Positions 20,132-30,339 of a stretch of DNA of 32,000 nt are shown here, piece after piece (within the stretch, counting starts at the first letter, position 1; every line of letters starts with the position of its first letter). Below the pieces are notes generated by a model that was given only the letters and a program-made list of their open reading frames with translations, did not search any database and was not told where the DNA came from. Origin of the DNA: Wolbachia endosymbiont of Dirofilaria (Dirofilaria) immitis (GTDB taxonomy: Bacteria > Pseudomonadota > Alphaproteobacteria > Rickettsiales > Anaplasmataceae); NCBI RefSeq assembly GCF_013365455.1, contig NZ_CP046578.1, positions 240,001 to 272,000 of the forward strand, read 5' to 3'. A program made the translations under genes and the position numbers.

Positions 20132-20400
20132 TTACTCTACATGAAGAGAAGTTGCTAAAGAGCATACTTGAATAATGTATTTAAGGTACTGGGGAAATCA
20201 ATTCTGTCAAGTAAAATCTATAGAGAATGAGGAAAAAGGTTATATAGTTATAAGTGTGTAGGTTATAAAAAATAAAGCATATGTTATATGGTAAAATATG
20301 TATGATAGAAAGAGTGTAAAGAGAATTTGATGATGGTGTAAAAAGTTAATCGCAGTTCGAAGGATTTGTTGCAAGAACTTACCCACAGGGATTATTTGAT
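20132..20400 (+). pseudogene. Degraded MerR-family transcriptional regulator gene (boundaries approximate)
   Basis: Frame fragment ST*REVAKEHT*IMYLRYWGNQFCQVKSIENEEKGYIVIS* resembles the MerR-type helix-turn-helix GEVAK....HVLRYWE..F.Q.K.I; then KHMLYGKICMIERV*REF. It is immediately downstream of the ihfA remnant, as merR-type genes often are in alphaproteobacteria. Confidence 0.55.
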
Positions 20401-20629
20401 CAGCAAAATAAATAGTAAAGGAAATGGTCAGTAACCATAAGTGTATGGCATGTAAATTGTGTGTGTATAATTAAAAAGGTAATCAAGAAAAGTGGTGAAC
20501 TTATATTTAAAAACGTCTGTGTCGTTAAGTGGTAAAGTAAGAATTTAGTTAATATTTACCCTTGCGATTAAGAAAAAATCAATACATTCACAATAGATTT
20601 AGTTTATGTTTTGTGTGTGGATGTTAGAA

Positions 20630-21073
20630 ATGAAATTTTACATAGGTAAAGAAAGAAGAATAGCAAATATAGTAACTCAATACTGGAGTGAGGTAAAAGG
20701 GCCAAATAGAAATTGGCCAGGAAGGCATGAGATAGATGTTGCCGAAATAGTGGAATCTTGGCAGCACTGTTTTATTATTGAAGTTAATGATTGTGGTTAT
20801 ATTTGTGAAAACGCAGGAAGAAAGGCTATTGAGTTCTATGGGTTTGAAAAAAGTATGCGTATTGATAGCAAATATGCAATTGATGCACTATTTTTGCACC
20901 TATATAAAATAGATGTAATTATTGATAAATTTGATGCTGTGGTAGATGGTAAGTGCTTGATCAACGAAGAGGAAGAGAGTGAAAGTGTTAAGATGAGGCA
21001 GGTTTTGTTGCCACTTGGAAACAAAAAAGATATAACACACATACTGGGCTTAGTTACATTTAAGCTTCTTTAA
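20630..21073 (+). CDS. PAS-like domain protein (PAS_5-like; ORF track start 20606)
   Basis: MKFYIGKERRIANIVTQYWSEVKGPNRNWPGRHEIDVAEIVESWQHCFIIEVNDCGYICENAGRKAIEFYGFE has the N-terminal pattern of alphaproteobacterial PAS_5 proteins. Confidence 0.55.
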   Translation: MKFYIGKERRIANIVTQYWSEVKGPNRNWPGRHEIDVAEIVESWQHCFIIEVNDCGYICENAGRKAIEFYGFEKSMRIDSKYAIDALFLHLYKIDVIIDKFDAVVDGKCLINEEEESESVKMRQVLLPLGNKKDITHILGLVTFKLL

Positions 21074-21214
21074 TATACAATTTTAGCTTGTACTATAGCT
21101 TTAGGTTGTATATTATAGCATTATAAGTTACAATGCTGCTCTATTCTTTAATAGAGTTAATTAAGTAGTTTCTTTTGAAAGAATTGGGGTGATAATCTTT
21201 ATATGTAAATTTAT

Positions 21215-21421
21215 ATGAAAAAAATGAAATTGAAAACGAAATCTTCTGTTAAAAAACGTTTCAATCTTACAGCTAAGGGTAAAGTTATTTCTACTCAATC
21301 AGGTAAAAGGCATGGTATGATAAAAAGGAGTAAATCTAGCATTCGTAATCAACGTGGTACAGTGATTCTTGGCAAGTCTGACTCGCGTATAATTAAGCTT
21401 TATATGCCTTATGGTATTTAA
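21215..21421 (+). CDS. rpmI: 50S ribosomal protein L35
   Basis: [45 protein letters not shown]. Confidence 0.95.
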   Translation: MKKMKLKTKSSVKKRFNLTAKGKVISTQSGKRHGMIKRSKSSIRNQRGTVILGKSDSRIIKLYMPYGI

Positions 21422-21441
21422 TAAAATGGAGGTAAGATAGA

Positions 21442-21807
21442 ATGGCTAGAGTAAAACGTGGAATTACCACTCACGCTCGTCATAAAAAAATATTGAAGTT
21501 AGCGAAAAGCTATAGGGGACGTGCAAAAAATTGTTACAGAATTGCTCTACAAAGGGTTGAAAAAGCATTACAGTACGCTTACAGGGACAGAAGAAATCGT
21601 AAGCGTGATTTTCGTAGTCTGTGGATAATACGTATTAACGCAGCAGTAAGGGAACATGGGCTTACTTATGGTAAATTTATACATGGACTCACCCTTGCTA
21701 AAATTTGCTTAAATAGAAAAGTTCTTGCTGAAATGGCTGTTAATTATAAAGATGATTTTAAAAGATTAATAAAAACTGTCAACAGCAAATTAGTAGAAAA
21801 TTCTTGA
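21442..21807 (+). CDS. rplT: 50S ribosomal protein L20
   Basis: [62 protein letters not shown]. Confidence 0.97.
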   Translation: MARVKRGITTHARHKKILKLAKSYRGRAKNCYRIALQRVEKALQYAYRDRRNRKRDFRSLWIIRINAAVREHGLTYGKFIHGLTLAKICLNRKVLAEMAVNYKDDFKRLIKTVNSKLVENS

Positions 21808-21826
21808 TCTCCTTAAACGAAGCAGC

Positions 21827-22735
21827 ATGAGAGTTATTTTTATGGGGTCACCTGAATTTGCTGTTAGTACACTAAACCTATTATTAAAGTCAAAAAATGA
21901 GGTAGTAGCAATATATACCAAGGCTCCCAAGCCCTCAGGGCGTGGGCAAAGGCTAACGAAATCTCCTATACATGCTGTCGCTGAAAAAAATGATATAGAG
22001 GTGTGTGCTCCTACATCGCTTAAATCTTTAGTAGAGCAAGAAAAGTTTAAGAGTTTCAAACCAGATGTTGCGGTGATTGTTTCATATGGATTGATTCTTC
22101 CAAAAGAAATTTTGAATATTCCTAAGTATGGTTGTATTAATATTCATCCTTCACTGCTGCCTAGATGGCGCGGTGCAGCTCCCATACAACATGCAATTTT
22201 AGCAGGAGACCGAGAAACTGGAATTAGCATTATGCAGTTGAGTGAGGGATTAGATTCTGGTCCTATTTTAAAGCAGAAAAAATTTGTGATTGAAAAAGAT
22301 GATAATTACAAGACATTGCACGATAAATTGTCTATATTAGGCAGTAATTTGCTGATGGAGGTATTAAATGAAATTGAAAAACAGGTTCCTTTGGAGCAGG
22401 GAGATGATAATATATGCTATGCTGATAAAGTGGAAGACTATAGGATATATGCAAATAATGCTTGTGAAATTGCCTATAGGAAAGTTAAGGCATTTTACCC
22501 TAAAGCGTTTGTCAAGATAGGGAACAAACGTCTCAAAGTACTAGATGCTGATTTCGAAATAAATCTCTCTTTAACTTCAGCGCAAGGTGAGATTATTAAT
22601 GATAATATGCATATAAGCTTAGAAAACGGCGTTTTGATTCCTAAAGTGGTCCAAATGGAAGGAAGAAACCCTTGCAAAGTTGCGGATTTTGTCCGTGGCC
22701 TAAAATTAAACATAGTGAAAAAGTTTATAGAGTGA
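21827..22735 (+). CDS. fmt: Methionyl-tRNA formyltransferase
   Basis: [19 protein letters not shown]...[65 protein letters not shown]. Confidence 0.97.
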   Translation: MRVIFMGSPEFAVSTLNLLLKSKNEVVAIYTKAPKPSGRGQRLTKSPIHAVAEKNDIEVCAPTSLKSLVEQEKFKSFKPDVAVIVSYGLILPKEILNIPKYGCINIHPSLLPRWRGAAPIQHAILAGDRETGISIMQLSEGLDSGPILKQKKFVIEKDDNYKTLHDKLSILGSNLLMEVLNEIEKQVPLEQGDDNICYADKVEDYRIYANNACEIAYRKVKAFYPKAFVKIGNKRLKVLDADFEINLSLTSAQGEIINDNMHISLENGVLIPKVVQMEGRNPCKVADFVRGLKLNIVKKFIE

Positions 22736-22797
22736 GCAACTCTCCTTGTATAGTCAATTTACTTGATTGATATGTCAAAGCAAGTGTCAGAGCAGGG

Positions 22798-23301
22798 CTA
22801 CACCTGGCGGTTTTGTGATGAAATAAATTTCTCAACACTACTAATAACAAAATTAGTTGTACTATCAGCTGCCTCATCTAGTTTGTCGTTTATGCTTTTC
22901 CCTATTTCTTCACCCTTAAAACACTCACGTAGAGCTAAAGCAGCTATAGCTGCATATGCTGCTGCAGTTGACCAAGTTTGTGCTGCAATAAGCAGTGATA
23001 GCCAGCCTACAAATGTGGATATTAGCCCAATAGCTAGATTTGTGATTTCGTCTTGTGTTGTTTTTTGTGTTATTTGGTTTTGATATGCCTGTTTACCCTT
23101 TAAGATGTTTAACGCTGCTTTGGAAGTGATTTTTATTGCTATTGCTATAATCGAGGCTATAATTAGCCTTGCAGCTATTCTTGCTAAAAGGAAAATCGAT
23201 GATAGCATTGTTATGAATAATAATGAGCTGGATAATGAGCTGGCTGCTATAATGTGCCACTTTTTATTTATTTGCTTAGTTTGATTTTCATTATTGCACA
23301 T
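22798..23301 (-). CDS. Hypothetical membrane protein (ORF track start 23364 TTG; ATG at 23301 preferred)
   Basis: MCNNENQTKQINKKWHIIAASSLSSSLLFITMLSSIFLLARIAARLIIASIIAIAIK... has several hydrophobic segments; the internal start avoids overlap with the carA side. Confidence 0.6.
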   Translation of the reverse strand: MCNNENQTKQINKKWHIIAASSLSSSLLFITMLSSIFLLARIAARLIIASIIAIAIKITSKAALNILKGKQAYQNQITQKTTQDEITNLAIGLISTFVGWLSLLIAAQTWSTAAAYAAIAALALRECFKGEEIGKSINDKLDEAADSTTNFVISSVEKFISSQNRQV

Positions 23302-23517
23302 AATAAGCCTTATACTTTGCTTAAATGACTTATTTAAGTTAACATGAGATATGAGAGTAGTCAAGGTATGTCTATATATAGGGAATATATTAAAAGTATT
23401 TTCTGTATTATTCTTTGCTTATTTATGGTTAGGTTTAGAATTTTAGAAAGAACTTTTTACCTATTATGTTATTTAAAACTCTTATATACTACTTTAAGAT
23501 CAGTTAGAAAGAATGAA

Positions 23518-24690
23518 GTGCAAGATGCAGTTTTAGTTTTACAAAGTGGTAAATCCTTTTTAGGGAAGTCAATAGGTAAAAAGGGTAAGTGTGTAGGTGA
23601 GATTTGTTTTACCACTTGTGCTACTGGTTACCAGCATACTATAACTGATCCTTCCTTTGCTGATCAAATTATAATGTTTACTTTCCCTCATATCGGTAAC
23701 ATTGGAATAAACAGCAAAGATAGTGAAGGAGAAAAAGTTTTTGCAAGTGGTGTAATTATACGCGAACTTTCTCCTGCATCTCATCCTTCTTCATATATTA
23801 GTTTAAATGATTGGTTAGAGAAAAATGATGTAGTTGGAATATCAGGAGTTGATACTAGAGCCTTAACTAGATATTTAAGAAAGCATGGATATCAAAATGG
23901 AATGATATGTTCATTGACCTATCCTTTAGGGTGTAATGCTGGTGCCTATAGCAATCAAGCTATTCAAGTGATAGAAGATTTATCAAATGAGTTAGGTGAA
24001 TACAAATTTATAAATGGAATGGAAATAATTAATGTAGTTAGTTTGAGTAATGATATTGATACGCCTGTCGTTCAAATAGCTGACACTAGAGCTCAGAGTA
24101 TTGAAAAGTATAAAGTCATAATAGTTGATTTCGGCGTAAAGTCTAGTATAGTTTCACGCTTAGTAGAGCTTGGATGCATAATTAAACTAATTAGGCCAGA
24201 TAAAGGTTTTTCTCAGAGAATATTAAATATGTGTCCGGATGGCATAGTACTTTCAAATGGTCCAGGTGATCCACAAAAAATAGGAGAGAACATAATCTCA
24301 GAAATAAATGTTATTATAAAGTCCAAAATACCAATTCTTGGAATATGTATGGGTCATCAATTGCTTGCGATTGCCTTAGGAGCAAAAACTACTAAGATGA
24401 GTGTTGGTCATCGAGGGAGTAATCATCCAGTTTATAATGTAAATAGTAAGAAAGTTGAGATTACTAGCCAGAATCATGGCTTTGTTGTCGATCCATATTT
24501 TTTACCAAGAAATGTGGAGGTTACTCACGTTTCTCTATTTGATAACAGTATAGAAGGAATAATGATGAAAAATTATCCAGTTTTCTCTGTGCAATACCAC
24601 CCGGAAGAAGCGCCAGGTACTCATGATTCACATTACTTATTTAAGTACTTTATTAATAATATTAAATTATATAAGACGAAATCTATATAA
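23518..24690 (+). CDS. carA: Carbamoyl-phosphate synthase small subunit (ORF track start 23344; likely GTG near 23518)
   Basis: VQDAVLVLQSGKSFLGKSIGKKGKCVGEICFTTCATGYQHTITDPSFADQII...GICMGHQLLAIALGAKT...FSVQYHPEEAPGTHD. The 58 upstream residues are not CarA-like. Confidence 0.95.
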   Translation: MQDAVLVLQSGKSFLGKSIGKKGKCVGEICFTTCATGYQHTITDPSFADQIIMFTFPHIGNIGINSKDSEGEKVFASGVIIRELSPASHPSSYISLNDWLEKNDVVGISGVDTRALTRYLRKHGYQNGMICSLTYPLGCNAGAYSNQAIQVIEDLSNELGEYKFINGMEIINVVSLSNDIDTPVVQIADTRAQSIEKYKVIIVDFGVKSSIVSRLVELGCIIKLIRPDKGFSQRILNMCPDGIVLSNGPGDPQKIGENIISEINVIIKSKIPILGICMGHQLLAIALGAKTTKMSVGHRGSNHPVYNVNSKKVEITSQNHGFVVDPYFLPRNVEVTHVSLFDNSIEGIMMKNYPVFSVQYHPEEAPGTHDSHYLFKYFINNIKLYKTKSI

Positions 24691-24803
24691 TTAAAATTAT
24701 TAAAGATTTTACTGCTTGATTTTTTACTTTTAGGTATTTATTATAAATATAATAAGAGATTAAGTTGAAATGCTGAGGTAATACTTTCTTAATAAATTTT
24801 TGT

Positions 24804-24886
24804 GGAGGGGTGACCGAGTGGTTAAAGGTAACAGACTGTAAATCTGTCCGCGAAAGCGTACATAGGTTCAAATCCTATCTCCTCCA
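24804..24886 (+). tRNA. tRNA-Tyr (anticodon GTA)
   Basis: GGAGGGG acceptor pairs with CTCCTCC; anticodon loop CTGTAAA; long variable arm; T-arm ATAGGTTCAAATCCTAT. Confidence 0.95.
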
Positions 24887-24890
24887 TTGT

Positions 24891-24962
24891 GCGGGTATAG
24901 CTTAATTGGTAGAGCTCTAGCCTTCCAAGCTAGTGGAGTGGGTTCAAATCCCACTATCCGCT
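24891..24962 (+). tRNA. tRNA-Gly (anticodon TCC)
   Basis: GCGGGTA...TATCCGC acceptor, CTTCCAA anticodon loop, GTGGGTTCAAATCCCAC T-arm. Confidence 0.95.
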
Positions 24963-25041
24963 CTTTTTTTTTGTTGTATTTTTGTAAAATCAATATATTA
25001 CTATTGATGTATTTTGCATTTTAGGTAGAAAAGTTTAGGTT

Positions 25042-26214
25042 ATGGGACAAATAGTAGAGGCATTTGGTAAGCCACATGTGAATGTGGGAACAATAGGACA
25101 TGTAGATCATGGGAAGACAACGTTGACAGCAGCAATAACGAAGTACTATGGACATTTCGTAGCATATGACCAAATAGATAAAGCACCCGAAGAGAGAAAA
25201 AGGGGAATAACAATAGCAACAGCACATGTCGAGTATGAAACAGATAAGAGACACTATGCACATGTTGACTGTCCCGGGCATGCTGATTACGTAAAAAATA
25301 TGATAGTAGGTGCAGCACAAATGGATGCAGCAATATTGGTAGTGTCCGGAGTCGATGGGCCAATGCCGCAAACAAGAGAGCATATATTACTAGCAAAGCA
25401 AGTTGGTGTTAAGTATATTGTTGTGTATATAAATAAAGCTGATGTAGCTGATCATGATATGATTGGTTTAGTGGAGATGGAGGTCAGGGAATTGTTGAGC
25501 AAGTATGAATTTCCTGGTGATGATGTTCCTGTAGTGATTGGGTCTGCATTAAAAGCGCTAGAAGATGAAGACAGTGAATATGGAAAGAAGTCAATAGAAA
25601 GATTGATGGAAAAATTAGATGAATATGTAGCAGTTCCACCAAGGCCTGTGGATTTACCATTTTTGATGCCAATTGAAGATGTATTTTCAATACCGGGACG
25701 TGGGACAGTAGTAACAGGAAGAATAGAAAGAGGAGAAATAAAAACAGGTGAAGAGATAGAGATAGTAGGTTTGAAAGCAACGCGGAAGACAATATGTACA
25801 GGAGTAGAAATGTTTAAAAAGTGCTTAGATAAGGGGTGTGCTGGGTTGAATGTAGGAGTATTGCTAAGGGGAACAAAAAGAGAAGAAGTAGAAAGGGGTC
25901 AAGTATTAGCAAAGCCAAATTCAATAACACCGCATAAGAAGTTTAAAGCAGAGGTATATGTATTGAAGAAAGAAGAGGGAGGAAGACATACACCATTTTT
26001 TGAAAATTATCAGCCGCAGTTTTATATAAGAACTACGGATGTGACAGGAAGTATAAAATTGTTAGAGGGAAAAGAGATGGTAATGCCAGGGGATAATGTG
26101 AGTATAGAAATAGAATTACAGGTACCAATAGCAATGGATAAGGGGTTGCGTTTTGCAATAAGAGAAGGTGGTAGAACTGTTGGTTCTGGTGTTGTTTCTG
26201 AAATTTTGGAGTAA
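25042..26214 (+). CDS. tuf: Elongation factor Tu
   Basis: [24 protein letters not shown]...[27 protein letters not shown]...[14 protein letters not shown]. Confidence 0.98.
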   Translation: MGQIVEAFGKPHVNVGTIGHVDHGKTTLTAAITKYYGHFVAYDQIDKAPEERKRGITIATAHVEYETDKRHYAHVDCPGHADYVKNMIVGAAQMDAAILVVSGVDGPMPQTREHILLAKQVGVKYIVVYINKADVADHDMIGLVEMEVRELLSKYEFPGDDVPVVIGSALKALEDEDSEYGKKSIERLMEKLDEYVAVPPRPVDLPFLMPIEDVFSIPGRGTVVTGRIERGEIKTGEEIEIVGLKATRKTICTGVEMFKKCLDKGCAGLNVGVLLRGTKREEVERGQVLAKPNSITPHKKFKAEVYVLKKEEGGRHTPFFENYQPQFYIRTTDVTGSIKLLEGKEMVMPGDNVSIEIELQVPIAMDKGLRFAIREGGRTVGSGVVSEILE

Positions 26215-26219
26215 AGTGT

Positions 26220-26588
26220 GTGGTAACTGAGATAGAGCAAGAGATACATATTAAGATAGAAGCTTTTGATTGTTCAAGGCTAGAGGAGTATATTAGAAAA
26301 TTTGTGCGTGAATTTAAGGATAAATTAAAACATTCTGGTACAAGGTTGTCTGGTCCAGTTGCTTTGCCAAGGAGGAATCTTAAGTTTAACGTCAATAGAT
26401 CACCTCACGTTGATAAAAAATCTCGTGAGCAGCTTGAACGGAGGACTTCTAAGCGTTTGATTGTTTTATATAATCCTACCTCTGCTATAGTGCAGATGCT
26501 TGGGAGCTCATCTTTCCCTTCTCCTCTTCCTGGAGTAGAAGTTGATTCAAAAATTAAGAAGGTCATAAAATTTAAGAAGAAGGGATGA
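26220..26588 (+). CDS. rpsJ: 30S ribosomal protein S10
   Basis: IHIKIEAFDCSRLEEYIRKFV...TRLSGPVALPRRNLKFNVNRSPHVDKKSREQLERRTSKRLI. Confidence 0.96.
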   Translation: MVTEIEQEIHIKIEAFDCSRLEEYIRKFVREFKDKLKHSGTRLSGPVALPRRNLKFNVNRSPHVDKKSREQLERRTSKRLIVLYNPTSAIVQMLGSSSFPSPLPGVEVDSKIKKVIKFKKKG

Positions 26589-27310
26589 AAAGAATAAATT
26601 CATTAAAAAGAATTGGTTTATTAATGAAAAATGTTGGTCATACTACTATATATTCTAGCAGTGGTTGTGTAGCTGTAACTTTATTGCATCTCAGCGAGAC
26701 TTATATTGTTGATGTAAAGGAGCAAAGTAAGTGTGGGTATAATTCAGTTATTTTAGGTACTGGAGATTTTAAAAATATTGCGAAGCCTCAGTTGGAATAT
26801 TTGAAAAAAAGGGGAATAAAAAATAGATGTAAGTTATATGAAAGTAAATTAAATAACCTCTCGGGGATAAGATGTGGTAAGAAAGTAGGTGTTAGCCATT
26901 TTGTAGTTGGTCAATATCTTGATATTACAGGGTATTCGATTGGTAAAGGATTTGCTGGTGTAATGAAGCGACATAATTTCAGTGGGCTTAGAGCGTCTCA
27001 TGGTGTTTCTATTGCTCATAGGTCGCAAGGTTCTACAGGTCAATGTCAGGATCCTGGTAAAGTATTTAAAGGCAAGAAAATGGCTGGTCATTTAGGCAGT
27101 AGTAGAGTAACTGTACAAAATATGAAGGTGTTATTTATTGATTATGAAGATAGTATAATTGCTATAAAGGGTAATAATGTTCCTGGGTTTAGAAATTCTT
27201 ATGTTTTTGTAAGGGATGCGATTAAAAAGCCTTTGCATAAAGATGCTCTTTTTTCGGCAGGTTTGCTATTAGATACAAGTAATGTTAATACTAGTAATTT
27301 GGTAAGTTAG
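26585..27310 (+). CDS. rplC: 50S ribosomal protein L3
   Basis: GFAGVMKRHNFSGLRASHGVSIAHRSQGSTGQCQDPGKVFKGKKMAGHLGSSRVTVQN. Confidence 0.96.
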   Translation: MKRINSLKRIGLLMKNVGHTTIYSSSGCVAVTLLHLSETYIVDVKEQSKCGYNSVILGTGDFKNIAKPQLEYLKKRGIKNRCKLYESKLNNLSGIRCGKKVGVSHFVVGQYLDITGYSIGKGFAGVMKRHNFSGLRASHGVSIAHRSQGSTGQCQDPGKVFKGKKMAGHLGSSRVTVQNMKVLFIDYEDSIIAIKGNNVPGFRNSYVFVRDAIKKPLHKDALFSAGLLLDTSNVNTSNLVS

Positions 27311-27312
27311 TT

Positions 27313-27927
27313 ATGGAATGTAAATTAGTTGATTTATCCAGTGGTGATGTAGGTGTTGTTCAGCTTAACCCTTTGATGTTTTTTGTTAAACAGAAATTGA
27401 ATATTTTACATGATATAGTTATGTGGCAATTGGCAAAAAGAAGGGCTGGTACTCATAAAACAAGAGGTATCAGTGATATTTCTGGTACAACAGCTAAGCC
27501 TTATAGTCAGAAACGTACTGGTAGAGCAAGGCAAGGTAGTCTACGATCTCCTCAATTTAGGGGTGGGGAAATTATTTTTGGTCCTGTTGTAAGAAGTCAT
27601 GCTTATTCTCTTAATAAGAAGGTGCGTGAGCTTGGTTTAAGAATTGCTTTATCTCTAAAGTATTTTAATAATCAAATAATTATTCTTGATAGTTTAGATA
27701 TTAATGTAAGGAAGACATCTGAAATGTGTAGATATGTTAAAAAATTTAAATTTTCTTCCTTCTTGATAGTTGGTGATTATGGAGATAATTTGCTGCGGGC
27801 TACTAGAAATTTGCGCTATGTAAATTTGATCAAGCCTATTGGATTAAATGTCTTTGATATGTTAAATCATGAGTGTATAATGCTGACAAATGATGCTTTA
27901 AAGAGTCTTGAAGATAGGTTATTATGA
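27313..27927 (+). CDS. rplD: 50S ribosomal protein L4
   Basis: AKRRAGTHKTRGISDISGTTAKPYSQKRTGRARQGSLRSPQFRGGEIIFGPVVRSH. Confidence 0.95.
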   Translation: MECKLVDLSSGDVGVVQLNPLMFFVKQKLNILHDIVMWQLAKRRAGTHKTRGISDISGTTAKPYSQKRTGRARQGSLRSPQFRGGEIIFGPVVRSHAYSLNKKVRELGLRIALSLKYFNNQIIILDSLDINVRKTSEMCRYVKKFKFSSFLIVGDYGDNLLRATRNLRYVNLIKPIGLNVFDMLNHECIMLTNDALKSLEDRLL

Positions 27928-28211
27928 TAAAATATGATAGTATAATAAAGTGTCCTATAATTACAGAGAAAGCTTCTTTTTTAAAAGAGAAATTTAATAA
28001 ATATTCTTTTTATGTTTTTGTAAATGTAAATAAGCATAAAATAAAGCTGGCAATAGAGTCTCTATTTAGAGTTAAAGTTTCATCTATAAATGTTGTTATG
28101 GTTAACCCTAAACGTAGATGCTTTAGGGGTGTAGTTGGTTATGAAAAACGAAAAAAGAAGGTTTATTTTTCTTTGGTAAATGGTCAAAAATTAAATATAA
28201 TGAGTATTTAA
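27924..28211 (+). CDS. rplW: 50S ribosomal protein L23
   Basis: [52 protein letters not shown]; position in S10 operon. Confidence 0.93.
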   Translation: MIKYDSIIKCPIITEKASFLKEKFNKYSFYVFVNVNKHKIKLAIESLFRVKVSSINVVMVNPKRRCFRGVVGYEKRKKKVYFSLVNGQKLNIMSI

Positions 28212-28212
28212 T

Positions 28213-29037
28213 ATGGGAATAAAGTTTCTTAGTCCTGTTACCCCTTCTTCTCGTGGAACTGTATTAGTAAGTAGGATTGGGTTGTCAAAAGATAGACCAG
28301 AGAAATCCCTTACATTTGGTAAAAAATCTAGTGGTGGAAGAAATAATTGTGGTAGAATTACAACTCGTCATAAGGGTGGTGGTCATAAAAGGAAGTATAG
28401 GGTTGTAGATTTTAAGCGTAATAGAGGTGATCAAGGTATAGTTGAAAAAATAGAGTATGATCCGAATAGAGGTGGATTTCTAGCATTAATATCATATAGA
28501 AGCGATAATGTTAAGTCTTATATATTGGCTCCACAAAATATAAAACCTGGTGATCTTGTAATGTCAGGTGATGGTGTTGATATAGTAACAGGTAATTGTT
28601 TACCGTTAAAATATATACCTGTTGGTTCTTTTGTTCATGGTGTTGAATTGAAGCCAGGTAATGGTGCTGTAATTGCTCGGGCTGCTGGTTGTTATGCGCA
28701 AATTGTCGGTTATGATGGTAACTATGTTTTATTACGATTAAGGTCTGGTCAAGTTAGGCTGATTTTATCTTCTTGCAAGGCTACTGTTGGTGTAGTATCT
28801 AATCCTGATCGTAAAAACAGGAAATTTGGTAAAGCTGGAAGAAGTAGGTGGTTGGGGATTAGACCTACTGTTCGTGGAGTTGCTATGAACCCAGTTGATC
28901 ATCCTCATGGAGGTGGAGAAGGGAAAACTTCTGGTGGGCGCCATCCTGTTACTCCTTGGGGTATTGCAACAAAAGGGAAAAAGACTCGTAAGAAAAATAA
29001 ATTTAGTGACAAGTATATAAAACAGTTAAAGGGTTAG
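28213..29037 (+). CDS. rplB: 50S ribosomal protein L2
   Basis: [29 protein letters not shown]...[29 protein letters not shown]. Confidence 0.98.
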   Translation: MGIKFLSPVTPSSRGTVLVSRIGLSKDRPEKSLTFGKKSSGGRNNCGRITTRHKGGGHKRKYRVVDFKRNRGDQGIVEKIEYDPNRGGFLALISYRSDNVKSYILAPQNIKPGDLVMSGDGVDIVTGNCLPLKYIPVGSFVHGVELKPGNGAVIARAAGCYAQIVGYDGNYVLLRLRSGQVRLILSSCKATVGVVSNPDRKNRKFGKAGRSRWLGIRPTVRGVAMNPVDHPHGGGEGKTSGGRHPVTPWGIATKGKKTRKKNKFSDKYIKQLKG

Positions 29038-29040
29038 TTT

Positions 29041-29325
29041 ATGAGTAGATCTGCATGGAAATCACCTTTTTGTCATCCTTCTGTACTGAAATTAGTGAAT
29101 AGGGCTTTAAAAGAGGGTACTATTAATAAAATAATAAGAATTCATTCTAGAGCTTCTGTAATTCTTCCTAATTGTTTAGGCTTAAGATTTGCTGTTTATA
29201 ACGGTAAGGATTATGTTCCTGTTAATGTTAATGATCAAAATATGATAGGTCATAAATTTGGTGAATTTTCACCTACTCGTAAATTTAATGGACATAGTGG
29301 TGATAAAAAGGCAGTGAGAAGGTAA
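29041..29325 (+). CDS. rpsS: 30S ribosomal protein S19
   Basis: [12 protein letters not shown]...[59 protein letters not shown]. Confidence 0.96.
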   Translation: MSRSAWKSPFCHPSVLKLVNRALKEGTINKIIRIHSRASVILPNCLGLRFAVYNGKDYVPVNVNDQNMIGHKFGEFSPTRKFNGHSGDKKAVRR

Positions 29326-29330
29326 TTAGT

Positions 29331-29681
29331 ATGAAGGATAGATGTGTAGTGATTAAAGCTAGTTCTAGGGTTTTAAAGTCAACTCCTCGTAAATTGAATT
29401 TGGTTGCCAGTTTAGTGCGTAATAAAAAGGTTTCTTTTGCTACTATGCAATTGAGATTTTGTGAGAAGAAAGTTGCTAGCCTTATAGCAAAAGTATTGAA
29501 TTCTGCAGTTGCTAATGCTCAACATAATTATGGGTTAGATATTGATGGTTTATATATAAAGGAGATTTTAGTAGGTAAGTCTTTTACTTTGCGTAGAGTA
29601 TACCCAAAGGCTATGGGTAGGGCTAATAGGGTTAATAAGTATTATAGTAGTATAACTATAAAATTAGAGGAAGTTATATAA
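29331..29681 (+). CDS. rplV: 50S ribosomal protein L22
   Basis: [21 protein letters not shown]...[41 protein letters not shown]. Confidence 0.94.
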   Translation: MKDRCVVIKASSRVLKSTPRKLNLVASLVRNKKVSFATMQLRFCEKKVASLIAKVLNSAVANAQHNYGLDIDGLYIKEILVGKSFTLRRVYPKAMGRANRVNKYYSSITIKLEEVI

Positions 29682-29718
29682 TTTTAAGAGTGTAAAATTG
29701 GTGAGGAAAGTATAAAAT

Positions 29719-30339
29719 ATGGGGCAAAAGGTTAATCCTATAGGATTAAGGTTAAAGATCAATGCTAATACTTGGGATTCTGTTTGGTATGCTAGTAAAG
29801 ATTATAAAGAGAAATTGCATCAGGATTTATCTATTCGCAGTTACATAAATAAATCTTTTAAGCATGCAGGTCTTTCCAGAATAATTATAGAGCGTAAAGG
29901 TGATTTGATGTCTGTGACAATACACTCTTCTAGACCTGGGGTGATAATAGGTAAGAAAGGCTTAGATATTGAAAAGATAAAACAGAAAATAGCTAGAAAA
30001 GTAAAAGATAATGTAGAAGTGAATGTGGTAGGAGTAAAGAGACCTGAGATAGATGCGGCCTTGATATCAAACAGCATAGCACAGCAATTAGAAAAACGGG
30101 TTTCATTTAGGAGAGCAATGAAAAAAGCTATTCAAAGTTGTTTGAGAATGGGGGGAAGAGGTATTAAAGTAAGTTGTTCTGGACGTCTTGGTGGAGCTGA
30201 AATAGCTCGCACTGAATGGTATAAGGAAGGTCGTTTACCTTTACACACTTTGCGTGCTAATATAGATTATGCTTTATGTGAAGCAAAGACTATATATGGT
30301 ATTATAGGAGTTAGAGTTTGGGTTTATATTAGTAATTGA
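29719..30339 (+). CDS. rpsC: 30S ribosomal protein S3
   Basis: [25 protein letters not shown]...[25 protein letters not shown]...[22 protein letters not shown]. Confidence 0.97.
   Translation: MGQKVNPIGLRLKINANTWDSVWYASKDYKEKLHQDLSIRSYINKSFKHAGLSRIIIERKGDLMSVTIHSSRPGVIIGKKGLDIEKIKQKIARKVKDNVEVNVVGVKRPEIDAALISNSIAQQLEKRVSFRRAMKKAIQSCLRMGGRGIKVSCSGRLGGAEIARTEWYKEGRLPLHTLRANIDYALCEAKTIYGIIGVRVWVYISN

Noticed and set aside
16683-20605. CRISPR array, transposon or prophage in the gene-poor interval
   Set aside because: No regularly spaced direct repeats, long terminal inverted repeats or recognisable transposase or phage motifs found by eye; a self-alignment or IS database search would be needed to exclude old fragments.
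20836-21042. Reverse 68-aa ORF inside the PAS-like gene
   Set aside because: Antisense and low complexity, with a better-supported forward gene.
22763-23083. Forward 106-aa ORF and its possible pairing with the minus-strand gene
   Set aside because: Antisense to the membrane protein ORF, which has a more protein-like transmembrane layout; no independent support.
25021-25396. Antisense ORFs of 118-120 aa opposite tuf (also 25484-25792 and 26022-26395)
   Set aside because: They lie opposite a clearly coding, highly conserved gene, are low complexity (Leu/Ser/Cys/His rich), and reflect antisense composition.
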